From NCBI GenBank assembly GCA_035193785.1, contig CP136572.1:2100578-2164577 (forward strand): DNA of 64,000 nt, in the 5' to 3' direction. Under the pieces are notes generated by a model that searched no databases, was not told the DNA's origin, and was given only the letters and a program-made list of their open reading frames with translations. Positions 13,155-26,600 of the stretch are shown piece by piece. This DNA is from Planktothrix sp. GU0601_MAG3. GTDB taxonomy: Bacteria; Cyanobacteriota; Cyanobacteriia; Cyanobacteriales; Microcoleaceae. The stretch's first letter is position 1. Each line of letters begins with the position of its first letter. The translations under genes were made by a program, and so were the position numbers.

Positions 13155-14142
13155 TTAATTGGGAGCAGCAGCAGCTTTTTGTTCCGCTATTTTTTGATTA
13201 TTAGCATATTGAACGGCCCTATCTTCAGCCACAGTAAACTTAGGATGGGAGTTAGGAACCTTTTTCATCAACTCACTAGCCCGTTTCCATTCCGTTGCCA
13301 CCTTTGTCCATTCCTCCCGAGTTTGGGCTTTCTGCGCTAAGTTGGCGGTAGTGGTTGCGGTTTTCACAGCTTCAGAAAACGGATCAATCGGTGTGGCTGG
13401 AGTTGTGGGCGGTTTAGGGGAGGTGGAAGCCGACGGAGGGGGAGAGGAAGAAGTATCGGGGGACTCTGGAGAGGAGGAAACCTGTGGGGAGGAAGGGTAA
13501 GCGGAAGATTCCGGTAAAATGCAATCCCCCCAGAATCGCCAGAAAGGCTAAAACTCCCAACAAAGCCAAGGGCAAAACGTTGCTTTTTGGCTTTTTCGGT
13601 TCAACCTGGCGGGTGGTTTCCTCAATCTCATCATCGGGATCATCATCTTCCTCGGGATTGTAGGCCGAGGCTACATTATTATTTTGGGGAGGCAAATACT
13701 CATCATCATCATCAATGATGTCGTCATCATCAATAATTTCGTCGTCAATATTGTAGTCTTCGTCTTCATCATCCACCAAAGGGACAGAAGATTCATCCAA
13801 AAAGACATCGGCCACCGGCTTGCTTACGGTTTCTGGCGGAGTTCTCAGAACAATTTCTTCTTCCCAAACGGGTAAATCATCTCCGAATTGACGTCCATAG
13901 ACCTTAACGGTGTAAATCGTTTCAACACCGAGGCGATCCATGCCATTTCGGACTAATTTTACTAAGTCTTTTTGATAGTGGGGAACCTGATCCCCTTCCA
14001 TCATTACATGGAGACAGCCGTTATCCCGCATGACATCGGCGTTAATTCCTTTAGATTTTAGGGAACGGTTAATCGCGTCTGCGATCACCTTGGGATCGCC
14101 CTGTTTAGCCAGTTCCCGGGGGCTTTGATCTTGTGATGACAT
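13155..14142 (-). CDS. bitopic membrane hypothetical protein (apparent +1 frameshift at ~13477)
   Basis: N-terminal ELAKQGDP...INRSL..KGI cyanobacterial domain, Asp-rich linker, TM, Pro/Ser linker, C-terminal helical (TPR-like) domain. Confidence 0.75.
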
Positions 14143-14226
14143 AGCTAAAATGATTTCACCTGTCCATGACAATGATAGTATCACTCATTAATCGCTGTGC
14201 AACTATATTTCTAAAAATTAGAACTT

Positions 14227-15229
14227 TTATCCCCGTTGAAATAGACGGCATAATTCAATAATCTGGGTTTGTAGGGTCGAAAGTTCATCTCCACCCCGTT
14301 TTAGATGGGCTTCTAGCTGAAGTAACAGGGGTAAACTCTGTTGAAATTGCTTGAGTGTGGGAGTTTGGACTTCTTTTTGTAGGAAAAATACTCGATTGGG
14401 GTTGCCAATTTCGGCGGTTTTAGCAATTTCAACTTTATCCCTAACTCCGGTTTCCATCATTAATTTAATCCACAACCAAGTCCGAAACTGACTGACTAAA
14501 GTTGCCACAATTTTCAGGGCGGGTTCATTATGTAAAAGTAGATCGGCAATTAACTCTAGGGCTTCGCTGGTTTGTCCGGCTTTAATACAACTGGCAAGTT
14601 TGAGGCTGTTTTGAGTATTAGACTGAACTAATCGGGAAATGTCCTCCACACTCAGGGCTTGATGGGTCTTTCCCGCAAAAAGTTGGAGTTTTTCCAATTC
14701 GTTATACAGTTGTCGGATATCATTTCCGACTAATTCCGCCAGGAGGGCGATGCCATTGGGGGTCAGTTTTACCCCGCGTTTCGGTGGCTAGGGTTCTGAC
14801 TTGCTGTTGTAACTTATCGGTTTCCCAAGGTTTGATCCGCGAAAATTCCCGTAATTCTCCTTTGGATTTCCGAATCTGGTCTTCTAAGAATTTAGTGGAT
14901 TTCAGCCGTCCATCGGGTTTGTTGGCACTGGTTAATAGTAAGGTGGTGGTATCCGGTATTGCAGGCAGGGTTCGTTCTAACTCCTGATAAACCTCCGCCG
15001 GACATTGCTGCATCAGGGGGGTATCGGCTAACCAGACAAACCGCCCACCCAAACCAAACGGGGGAGTCATGGCTTGATTGAGTCCCATCGCGATAGAATT
15101 TGCTTGATCGGACACAATTCTGTCAGAATTGAAGTTATCCCAACTGGGATCAACGACGGCCGATCGCAATCGTTCCACCGCTTGCAATAAGGAAAAGTCA
15201 TCGTCTCCCCAGTAAAGGTAGATTGGCAT
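14227..15229 (-). CDS. holA: DNA polymerase III subunit delta (apparent +1 frameshift at ~14778)
   Basis: MPIYLYWGDDDF, AMTPPFGLGGRFV, KPDGRLKSTK, LYNELEKL, NEPALKIVATL. Confidence 0.93.
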
Positions 15230-15263
15230 AATAACTTAATTTTTTCAAAAGAGGCGATTAAAA

Positions 15264-16049
15264 TTGGACGATACTTATCAAGTTTATGTGAATCGGGTAG
15301 CGCGGTTGACGCTGCCAGAATCCTATCACTCTCAGTTGGAGTATATTCAGGAGTCCCCCAAGTTTAAACCCGACTCCCAGGGTAGACGCCAAGCCGTGCC
15401 ATTCCCAGGTTATACCGTGATTACGCCCCCGGCGGCAGAGGACTTGGATAATCAAGAGTTATATCAAAATCTCCAAGCTTGTCAACAGCAACTCGGGGAG
15501 AAGTTTGATCCTGATTTTTTAATTACTATCCCCCCGGATAGTTTACATTTTACCCTGGCTGATTTGGTCTGGGATAGTGCCTATCGAGATGCTAGTCAAG
15601 ATCCTAATTTTGAGCCGAATTTGCATGAAGCGATCGCTCAATCCTTTGAGACGTTCAAATCAACCCCGATTTCTCCGGGTATCCGTTGGCAAATTTTTGG
15701 CTTTATGTTATTACCAAGGGCGATCGCCGTTTGTTTGGTTCCCCGAGATCAAGAGTCCTATCAAAAAACTCTTGAATTCCGCCGAGCTATCTATCAAAAT
15801 CCGGGTTTAATTCCGTTAGGCGTCGATCAACAATATTATTTAACGGCACACATTACCTTGGGTTATTTCGGAAGTATTCCTGAAGATTTAGACCGGGCAA
15901 ATTTTTGTAATATTCTATCTTCTTTTAATCAACAATGGTTAGATTCAACTCAAGAAATCTGGGTTAACCGAGCCGAACTCCGCAAATTTGACGACATGAA
16001 TCGCTATTATCGAGAACCAGACTGGCCTGTTTTAGAGTTTAAATCCTAG
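15264..16049 (+). CDS. DUF1868 / 2H-phosphoesterase-family protein
   Basis: Two HxT motifs (SLHFTLADL, TAHITLGYF); PFPGYTVITPP. Confidence 0.8.
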   Translation: MDDTYQVYVNRVARLTLPESYHSQLEYIQESPKFKPDSQGRRQAVPFPGYTVITPPAAEDLDNQELYQNLQACQQQLGEKFDPDFLITIPPDSLHFTLADLVWDSAYRDASQDPNFEPNLHEAIAQSFETFKSTPISPGIRWQIFGFMLLPRAIAVCLVPRDQESYQKTLEFRRAIYQNPGLIPLGVDQQYYLTAHITLGYFGSIPEDLDRANFCNILSSFNQQWLDSTQEIWVNRAELRKFDDMNRYYREPDWPVLEFKS

Positions 16050-16153
16050 GGGTTAGTGATTGGTTATTCGGGTGTTGATGGTTGATCTTTAACGATCAAC
16101 ACCCCAGAAGAAGGGACGGGGAAAGGGCAACAGGCAATAGGAAATCCTGATCG

Positions 16154-17448
16154 ATGATTCATGTTATTGGAATTGGGTTGGAAGGAGCATCGGGACTGGG
16201 TGAGTCTGTGCTTAATTTAATTATGGGAGCGACGGTATTAGTCGGAAGCGATCGGCATTTAAGTTATTTTCCTGAATATTTGGCTACCCAGTTAACCTTG
16301 GGAGATTTAACAGAAACTATTGTCGCCATTCGTCAACAACTGATTAGATGGGAAGTAGAAAATAAACAATCTAGTAATAATTATATTGTAATTTTGGTAG
16401 CGGGTGATCCGTTATTTTTTGGGTTAGGTCATTTATTAGTAGCTGAATTTTCCCCTGAGAAATTAACCTTTCATCCCCATATTAGTGCGATTCAATTAGC
16501 CTTTAATCGGATTAAAACTCCTTGGCAAGATGCCCAAATTATCCGGGTGCAGAGTCCGGCGATGGAAACCTTAATTCAAGCCCTACAAAGGGGCGTGGAA
16601 AAAATAGCAATTTTAACAGATACTATTTATAATCCCCCGGCAATTGCCCAATTAATCAGAAGTTTAAATTTACCGAATTGTTATCAATTTTGGGTTTGTG
16701 AAAATTTAGGAGGAAGGGATGAACGAGTGCAAGAATGGGATATAGAAATATTAAAAAATCAAGTTTTTTCACCCTTAAATATTGTTATCTTACTACGTCA
16801 ATCTCGATCATCCATAGAAAACCCTTAGATTTATCTAAAATTCCGACTTTTGGCATTCCCGACCAACTATTTTTCAGTTATAGCGATCACCCCGGACTAA
16901 TGACGCAAAGGGAAGTTAGGAGTTTAGTCTTAGGAGAATTAGGATTACAACCCAAACAAACTATCTGGGATATTGAGGCAGGAATGGGTTCAGTTTCCAT
17001 AGAAATTGCTCGACTTTTTCCTGATTCTACGATTTATGCAATTGAAAAAACAGCAGTTGGAACCAGCTTAATTGAACAAAATCGCCAACGGTTTAAAGTT
17101 AATAATATGGTTTCAATTCATGGAGAAGCCCCAGATATTTTACATCATTTACGTTCTCCCAATCGAATTTTTATGGGGGGATGTGGAAAAAAGTTAAGCG
17201 AAATATTAGGTATTTGTAGTATTCGTTTAAGTCCGGGCGGTGTAATTGTTTTAGCTTTAGAAACCATTGAACATTTAAACACCGCTTTAAATTGGTTAGA
17301 ACAACGAAAACGCATTGAGGGGAGTTGGAGTTATCGCATTCTCAATATCCAGTTATCCCATTCGGTTCCCATTAATCATTTAACCCGTTTTTCTCCCTCC
17401 AACCCCGTCACTCTTTTAACAATCACTCACCATAGTCTATTTGCCTAG
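16154..17448 (+). CDS. cbiET: bifunctional precorrin-6Y methyltransferase/decarboxylase CbiE/CbiT (apparent frameshift at ~16817)
   Basis: IHVIGIG, GDPLFFG, CENLGG.DE; second half MTQREVR, IWDIEAGMGSVSIE, IYAIEK. Confidence 0.88.
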
Positions 17449-17453
17449 GGAAT

Positions 17454-17539
17454 GGGGGCAGGGGGAGCAGGGGAGGCGGGGGAGGTAGGGGGAGCAGGGG
17501 AGGCAGGGGGAGCAGGGGAGGCAGGGGAGGCAGGGGGAG
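17454..17539. repeat. G-rich 9-bp tandem repeat (GCAGGGGAG/GCAGGGGGA)
   Basis: About nine imperfect units with runs of 4-5 G. Confidence 0.85.
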
Positions 17540-17575
17540 TGAACTATTTATTGCTATTAACTATTAACCATTAAC

Positions 17576-17656
17576 GATCACGGATTTAAGAAGATTACGC
17601 AGATTAACACAGATTAAAATCCGTGAAATCCGTGAAATCCTCTTAAATCCGTGATC
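17576..17656. repeat. 81-bp palindromic element
   Basis: Perfect 16-bp inverted termini GATCACGGATTTAAGA / TCTTAAATCCGTGATC; internal 9-bp AAATCCGTG repeats. Confidence 0.8.
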
Positions 17657-17658
17657 CC

Positions 17659-18883
17659 CTAATTAGGTTGGCGACTAAACAATTTGAAATAAGTAGAAAC
17701 CCAAAATTCTTTAATCGGGAAAGCAATAAAAGTCAAAGGATTAATCGTAACAATAATATTGCGAACATCTCCTTGAGCGAGTTTAACTACTTGTTTTGCA
17801 ACCCAGTTAGGAGACATCACCCCAATCGGGTTTAAGTTACTTTTGAATGGCCCTAAAATCAATTTACGAATCACACAGGGTGCATCCAAACGACGCAGAG
17901 TAATCAAATCCCCTAAAGTCCGTTTACTTAGTTCGTAGAGGGGACTAAATGCTGGCCCAGCCTCTGCTTCCGATGTGTTCACCCAAACTTCTTTTTTAGC
18001 AATATCAGCGTTAGTTTTAACGGTACTCAGGAACAATTCTAATAGACGCCAACCGGAAAACGTATTCACCTGATAGGATTGTTCGATCGCATCTTCAGTT
18101 CTTTGACCGTGAACATTAATCCCATGATTAATAATTAAAATATCTACTTTTTGGAATAACTCCCCTAATTGTTGTTCCTGTCCGACTTGCCAAGTTACAG
18201 TTTTGATCGGAATTGTTTCCCCCTCAACCGTTAAACTCAAGGGTTGGTCACCGGAAGTCAAAGCCAGAACTTTTGCCCCTTTAGCATGGAGATGAAATAA
18301 AAGGGCTTGTCCAAGGGTTCCCGATGCTCCCGTCACAGCAACGGTTTTTCCCTTAAGTGAAAGTGCCGTCCCCATGATTTTATCTAATAAAGTCAAAGTT
18401 CCGCAAAAATAGGCATTTTGATTATCAAAATGATGCCGCCAATGGTAAGTTCGATTTACCATCCAGGGGGCGGGAGGACGCTCAAATGTCCCCGGAGTAT
18501 GGGTCAAATCCGTCAATTGATCCGCCTTGGGAATTCCCAAACCTCGGGCAATGGCTGAGAATAGAAAACTGAGGGTATAAAGACAACCGAGAAGGGCAAA
18601 TCCCTGGTTTTCTGGGGTGTAAATATGGGCGATCGCCAGAAACATCAAACTAAAGCAGAACATCACCCCGGCTTCGGGGACATCATTATACCAATGGGCT
18701 TGGCGATAAATTTCCTGACTCACGGGAGTTAAATCAGGACGGAATACCCGATGATGCCAATTGTGCAAACGAGTTAAGGGCGGGAAAATATGAGCCACGA
18801 CATGATAAATATCCCTTACCAGTTTCTGCTCCGACGATAGAGCCCACTCCCCAAGCCAAATTCCCAATCCAAACCGTTACCAT
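17659..18883 (-). CDS. bifunctional sterol-desaturase-like / short-chain dehydrogenase (apparent +1 frameshift at ~18822)
   Basis: His boxes HNWHH and YHWRHH, then TGASGTLG and YELSK; ATG at 18883 restored by removing one A. Confidence 0.88.
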
Positions 18884-19285
18884 GTCTAATCCCAAACACC
18901 TTTAATTAATTCGCAAATTTCCTGCCCACGATTAGCAAGACTAGACTCCAATTGTAGTCAAATTTGGTTCTAATTTTCTGGGGGTCAACCCAAATTATGG
19001 ATTTTTAGGCTATTTTGTAATCGACAGCAGGACTTACCAAAAGTTTTGAGTTTAAAGCCCCTAAATTCTACTTAGGCTTTTTATTTTGATGAGGAGATGC
19101 AGAAATATTGGAAGAATAGTCATGGCTTTTGGTGACGAGAAAATATCTAAGTCCTACTAGAAAATACTATTCCTAACCCTGGCTAATCTACATATAGTTC
19201 ACCTGTGTGAGTCCTGTCTATGTTAAAATCCGATTGTGAGTTAGGAATCCGCATCTACGTTTTAAAGCATCTTAGGTATGACCGC

Positions 19286-19954
19286 ATGAGTCGAATTCTC
19301 ATTGCTGAAGACGAACCCCGAATTGCCTCCTTTCTGGAAAAGGGACTGCGAGCGAATGGATTTATCATAACTTTAGCCAGTAATGGACAGGAAGCCATAG
19401 AAAAAGCCCTCGCCCATGAATTTGACCTATTGATTCTCGACTTGGGACTTCCTGATCAAGATGGGTTTCAAGTTTTAGAACAATTACGGGGCCAAGGAGA
19501 ACAAATTCCGATTATTATTTTGACCGCCCGGGATGATATTACGGATAAGGTAGCTGGGTTGGAGGGGGGTGCAGATGATTATGTGACTAAACCCTTCCGA
19601 TTTGCAGAACTTTTGGCTCGGATTCGTGCCCGTTTACGACATCATCCCCCATTGACGAATAACGAGGATAAGGCTTTAACTGTTGGCCAAATTACACTGG
19701 ATTTATACACCCGTCAAGCTTGTTTGGGGCAAACACCGATTACCCTATCGGCTAAGGAATTTCAACTGTTGGAAACGTTTTTGCGCCATCCGGGTCAAGT
19801 TTTGAGTCGGGAACAACTATTGGATCAGGTTTGGGGATATGACTATGATCCAGGCTCGAATATTGTTGATGTTTATGTGGGCTATCTGCGTAAGAAGTTG
19901 GGGAGCGAGTGGATTGAAACGGTACGGGGGATGGGTTATCGTCTGGTGTCTTGA
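19286..19954 (+). CDS. OmpR-family response regulator (orphan)
   Basis: ILIAEDE, LILDLGLPD, DYVTKPF, winged-helix SNIVDVYVGYLRKKLG...TVRGMGY. Confidence 0.95.
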   Translation: MSRILIAEDEPRIASFLEKGLRANGFIITLASNGQEAIEKALAHEFDLLILDLGLPDQDGFQVLEQLRGQGEQIPIIILTARDDITDKVAGLEGGADDYVTKPFRFAELLARIRARLRHHPPLTNNEDKALTVGQITLDLYTRQACLGQTPITLSAKEFQLLETFLRHPGQVLSREQLLDQVWGYDYDPGSNIVDVYVGYLRKKLGSEWIETVRGMGYRLVS

Positions 19955-20647
19955 AACTTCTGGGAACTTTTGAACTCAAGAGAACGTCTGCGGTGGCAAT
20001 GCTGTTGGAACCAGCGATTGAGAGGGATTTAGTGATCGGGATAGGTTTTATTTAACCAATCTACGGTTAGTTCGTCGGGAAGATGTAACGATCAAATATT
20101 GTGACTTTGGGATAGGAGTAAAGTCCGGTGGTTTTTATTGGGAAAAAGCGTGCAAATTAGCTATCTGTTGCTGACAAATAGCTAGGCCATATTCTGTCTA
20201 TAGTTAAGGATATTAACAATATTTTTAAACTTGTCATCTCTTGCCTCAACTAAGGGAATACTTAAGTTAAGTGGGTGAGGAATAACAGAGTCAATGGAGA
20301 TTTAAGTTAAAGTTAATCGCTGTCTTTATTTAACCTAATTTTTGAAATAGGTTAAACCAAAAGGTTGTGGTCTAAAATTAAAATGGTTCACCTAAAAGCA
20401 CAAAAAGGTGGCGGGTTTTTTTGGTCTAAATTCAAAAAACAAGCTGATAAAACTCTAAAATTAAGATTTTTCTCATCAATAATTAATTACCATCTTAAAT
20501 TAATGTTTTAGAGTTAAGATATGTAGAAGGAACCATCGGAACTGATTCCTGTTTTAACCCTTGATTTGTATTCAGTTAGATCATTTTAGAATGGTTTTGC
20601 CAGAATGCAGTTATTGTGTCGTATAGATTAATAAGGTTGATCAAACT

Positions 20648-23600
20648 ATGAATGACTTGAACAAGTTTTCTAAAGCATTAGACAAGTTGGGTGATAAATT
20701 GGGCAAATTAGCCAACAAACCCGATAAGTTCTTCAAGAAACTAGATAAGATATTTGATAAAGATGCCTATTTGAAATTCAACCCCGATGTTAAATTGGTC
20801 GTTGAAACCAACTCAATAACCCCAGAAGAACACTTTCTGCTCTATGGAATTTACGAAAATCGGGAATTCAGTAATCTATTTAGTGTTCGTGAATACCTCA
20901 AGCTGAATGTAGATTTTAACTTGGTATCTCAACAACAGGGCTTAAGTGCTGCTGAACATTTTATTGATTTTGGACAGAGTGAAAACCGTCCCTGGAATCC
21001 CCTATTTAATATTCGGGAATACCTCCAGCTTAATCCTGATGTTGAGAAAGCTGCTGAAGATGGTCTGACCAATGCTAGTGAACATTTCTTGGAAGTTGGA
21101 ATCAATGAAACACGAAAATTTAGTTTCGTCTTCAAACTCAAAGATTATTTAGCACTTAATCCCGATGTTGCAGTCCAAGCTAAAGAGGGTTTAATCAATC
21201 CGATTCTCCACTTTTTTAATGTGGGTCAATTTGAAGGTCGAGAAGTCAATAAATCTTTCCTGAATGTCAAGTATTATTTAGAGGCAAACCCAGATATTAA
21301 GCCAGCAGTTAAATCTGGTCAAATTAGTGCGGTTGCTCATTTTCTCGAATTTGGTCTGGGGGAAAATCGTCCGTTCAATCCCAATATTTCTGTTACTCAG
21401 ATTCTGCAACAATTTAAGGTTAGTAAGCTCTCAGTAATTAGTATTGAGCAAATCAGGCAATTTGTTGAAGTATCGCTATCAACACCTGTACCCGCACCAA
21501 CACCCACACCGACACCCGCACCAACCGCAACACCTGCACCAACCACAACACCTGCACTAACGGTTGAACCGACACCCGCACCAACCGCAACACCCACACC
21601 GACACCCGCACCAACCACAACACCCACACCCGCACCAACGGTTGAACCGACGCCCGCACCAACGGTTGAAACCGACGCCCGCACCAACGGTTGAACCGAC
21701 GCCCGCACCAACGGTTGAACCGACACCCGCACCAACAGTTGAACCGACACCCGCACCAACGGTTGAACCGACACCCGCACCAACAGTTGAACCGACACCA
21801 GTTCCCACACAGGAACCAACGGCGGAAATTCCCCCGGAGTTGTTCAATCTCGACTATATTAAAGTCACCTATGGGGTCGAACTAAAAGCGGGTTTAAAAG
21901 TTGAGGATCTCAGCACAATTACAGATATTGAGATCATCAATTTCATCAACGAAAATGGATTAGAACTGGGGATTAATACCTCAGCCTATGTAGATATTAA
22001 GAGTTACATAGAATCCTATAGCCAACAACTACTAAGTTTCTATCAAGTTGCCTCCATTTCCGAAGTGACCTTTGTACAAATCCTCAACTATATTAGTGGG
22101 GCGGGTTTAGAGGCAGGAAACAGTCCTTCTGTGTTCATTGATTTTGATTTTGTCAAGAAAAATTACGACAAAAAACTAGAGAAGTTCTTCAAGAAAACTC
22201 TTGACAAAATTACCAACAAAGATATTTTAAAATATCTTGACAAAGAAGGAATTAAAGACGGAGATCAACTATCGGGTCGTATCGACTTTAATTACATTCG
22301 GTCAACGTACAATGTGGAACTGGTTGCTAAATTCGGGGTGAACTTAGAAGTCATTAGTAATCAGCAAATCTTTGAGTTTATTAACAGTAAAGAAGGGTCT
22401 GAGATTATTGTTAATCCCTCCCCCACCGTTAATATTAACTTCGTCAAAGTTGTTTACACCCAAGAGATTGCGACTTACTTCAATATTTCCATTGAACAAG
22501 TCCTAACTCTATCTAATATTCAGATTCTCCAGTTCATTGAGAACGTTCCACCGGAACAAACGATCGACACATCTTGGACAGTTTCCTTAAACTATTTAGA
22601 AAGGCTATATGGTGCGGAATTAGTTGCTCAGTTAGGCGACAATCCATCCGTTGAACAAATTCTTGAATTCATTGAAGAACAAGGAATCGAAAATGGAAAT
22701 ACCGTTTCTCCCTTCCTGAGTTTGGATTATGTGAAACAGTTAAATCTCGATAAAATTGTCGAGAAATACAATATCACACAAACCAATGAAATTGAAAGTG
22801 ACGATCTTCTCGAAAGTGTCAATGTAGATTACCTGATTGATGTTGAATACTCTCGCGTTAAATATGTCACTCAGTTAGCCACTTACTTCAAAATTTCTGA
22901 AGAAGAAGTTGCTAATTTGACAGATGAAAAAATCAAAGTTTATGTCCTAGGAATTGGTAAGGATCTGGGATTAACCGGAAATGCCATTGACTTCAAGAAA
23001 GTCGAGAAACTTCTGGAAAAAGAACTCAAAGGCTTCTTTAAGGTCAAAGACGTTAAAGACTTAACCGATGGACAAATCAATGGTTTCCTATCGGGTGAAG
23101 GCAAAAAACTCGGACTGCTTAAGCAAATTTCTGAAGTCGTTGATGTCGAATACTATAAAGAAATTTATGGTACTTTCCTCACTGCTCAATTTGGAGAAGA
23201 TATCTCAGCCGAGGATATTGTCGAGTTCTTGTTTGGTGATGGATCTCCCGTAATTGATGTGGAATTCTGCCTAGATAAATATGCAGATGAACTCACGGAA
23301 TATGCCGATAGTTTAGGGAAAAATCCCAAAAAATTAACCCTAGATGATCTGAAAAAATACTTCTTCAGCAATGAGAAGTTTGATGCAGAAAAGAGCCTAG
23401 TCACTTTCGATTTAACAGCGTTCAGTACCCAATATTCATCACAGTTAGTTTCGTTTTACAACGTCACTTCTATCACGGAAATTACCCAAATCCAAGTCTA
23501 TCAGTTTATTACCCAAGGAGCCTATAAATTAAATCTCAATCTTTCTGAATTTATCTCAGAAGATGGATTGGCATTCTACAAGCAAGAATACGCCGAAAAA

Positions 23601-26600
23601 ATTGCGACGGAATATGGTATTGAAGTCAGCGTTGTGCAAGAACTCGATGCCAATGTTTTACTCGATATCGTCTTTGGTGGTTGGTCTGATGATCTCGATT
23701 CTGACTACTTCCGGGTGAAATTTGTCGGAGATGTTCAGGCGGTATTCGGTGTAGCAACAATTGCCGAAGTGACCGACTTACAAATTCTCCAATACCTGCA
23801 TGAACAGGAAACCGTTGATGTCAAAACAATCAATTGGTTTGATACCAGTGAATATGTCAAGAAATATGGTAAAGAACTTGAAGCCGCGCTGAAAGATTCC
23901 TACCACGTTAAAGACATTGGTGAACTGTCTAGTCAGCAAATTATCAAGTTTGCCTTTAGCCTTGAAGCTCAAGCCTTCAGCACAGAAGGATTGATTGATT
24001 TAGAGTATGTTACTGATACCTTCGGTGCTGCAATTTTGAGTGGTGATCAAGTTGCGGAAAAATGGGTCAGTCAATATATTAGTGTTGATGCGGGATATGT
24101 TGAGTTTCAACTCAGTGGTTTAATTGAAGCGGGAACTGTTACCTTAGAACAAATTAATCAAGTTCTAGGAACTGAGGTTACCAGCGTTGATTTGTTAAGC
24201 AAAAAACAACTTATCGACCTGATTAATAACAGTGAATTCAAGATCGCTTTAGGCGAAGGTGTTGAAATTAAACTGTCTCAAGATACCCCCAATTTGGATT
24301 ATATCAAAGCCACCTTTGCTCCAGCTTTAGCAGAAGTTTTGGAAGTGAATGTTGCTTCAATTACGGGTGATATAACGAATGTTGTTTCTAACGAGCAAGT
24401 TCTGACCTATCTGGTTGAAAATAAAGCGGCAGAAATCGCGACATTCGCCGAAGTTACTGAAGCTGAAGTTACACCGGAATTAGCACAACAATGGTTGAGT
24501 GAAGTCAATCTGATTACGTTGGATGATGGTAGTACGACGGATGATGGTGATGCGCCAGTTAAAATCGATTTAGCTTACGGTCGTTATCAACTAGAACAGT
24601 TGGTCACGGACGAAAAACTCACCCTTGATACCGTTAATCAATTCTTAACTACACCGATTGAATCTTTAGAAACAATTACCGACGCAAATCTGACGGAATT
24701 GTTACTCGATCAAGAATTCCAAACCGCATTAGGTGAGGACAGTATTGAGTTAGTTCAACCTGATACCTTGGATTTGGATTTCTTGAGTTCTCAATATCAG
24801 ACTGAACTTTCAGCAGAATACGGTTTACCTGCGGGTACTCAATTTACCGAACAACAAATTAAGGATTATTTCAGTACCGAAGATGCTGAAGAAATTACTG
24901 CCGCCGGTGTAACGGTTGAACAATATATTCAACAACTTACGGTGACGGAAGTTCCAGCGCCAGTTTCCACCAACTAGCCCAGCAACAGACCTCGATCCAG
25001 AATATGTGAAATTCCAACTCGAGGATTTGTTAGATAACAATGTGATCACGCTGGCAGATGTTAATGAGGTTCTAACTACTGATGTTCAGGCGTTGGATAC
25101 TTTAACCAATGAACAAATCCAAGAATTAGTGGTTAATGAAGCCTTTAACACTAAACTGGGTGAAGATCAGGCTCTGAAACTGACACAAGCAGAAGGTTTA
25201 GATTATGACTATATTCGCAGTGTTTACACTCAGGAATTAGCTGATGCTTATGAGGTTTCAGTCGATGATGTTTTAGCCGGAGATGTTGTTGAACTAACCA
25301 GTGAACAAATTCTCGCCGCTTTTACGGAAAAACTGTCAACGGTTGATGTGGGATACGTCAGTTATCAACTGGAAGAATGGATTACTGATACAACCTTAAG
25401 TTTGGATCAAGTTAAACAATTCTTAGGTAGTGAGGACGCAACTTTCACCAGTATTGAAGACTTAACGAATGCCCAAATCATTCAGTTAGTCTATAGTTCT
25501 GAATTCGAGGCGCTGTTACAAACCAAAAATCAAACTTTGGAACTGTCCCCTATTGATTATGAACAGTACATTCAGGACAATACCGATGCTTTGACTGTCG
25601 CCTATCCCGATGTGACTAATATCGCAGATTTAACTCTCGAACAAGTCAAACAGTTTATGTATGACGCAGGAGTTGAACAGGGTATTAAGCTCGAAAAATA
25701 TCTGGCTTTTGATTATCTGGAAACCACCTACGCCAGTGCCATCAGCAGTGTTGAAATTGATGCTCAAGTGGTGTTGAATTGGTTGAAAGATGACTACAAT
25801 CAACTGGATGTTAACTATCTCCGTTATCAATTTGACCAGTTAAGCGTTGAGCAACAAACTCAGGTTTTAGGTGCATTAGAAATCGAAAAAGATGTTGAAT
25901 TCCTGACGGATAAAGACATTATTTCGATCACCTTGAGCAATGCTTATCAAGAAGTCGGAAGCATTAAACTCACAGCAATTGATGTTGATGCTTACCGGGA
26001 ACAGTACGCCCAACAGCTTACTGATTACTACTTCCCTACCGATGATGACGATGCAACCGATGATGGCGGAAGCACTCCACCAACCGATGACCCCGAAGAC
26101 GGTGATACTGGAAACGGTAATCTAGTTGATCAAATCAGCGACAAAGATGTTATTAAGTTTGCCTTCAGCGAGGGAATCAAAAAAGGAATTAACCCTCTGG
26201 AACTCGTTGATAATGAATATCTGAAAACAGCTTTCCAAGCTGAACTGGCTATCCATTATAACGTTGAAGTTTCGGCAGTTGCCCAACTTGATGATTCCCT
26301 GGTTGCGGATTATGTTTACGGTGGAATTTTCGGGGCAGAAATTGACTATAAATTCTATAGTCAAACCTACAAAACCGAGTTGGAAACCACCTTTAGTAAA
26401 CCCATTGAACAGGTCACAGATACGGAGATCCTGCAACACGCTTTAGACGTAACTATTCTCCAAGGAAAAGCGATCACGCCTTTGGATGTGGATGGATTTG
26501 TCAAGGAATACAAAAAAGAACTGTCCGAGATTTTTGGTATCAAATCCAAGGAACTCAAAAAACTTGATAAAGCCTTCCTCAAAGACTTTATCTTGGAACA

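Noticed and set aside
21397..21885. Several Val/Arg-, Gly/Cys- and His/Pro-rich ORFs
   Set aside because: Alternative frames and antisense of the PTPAPTVE repeat.
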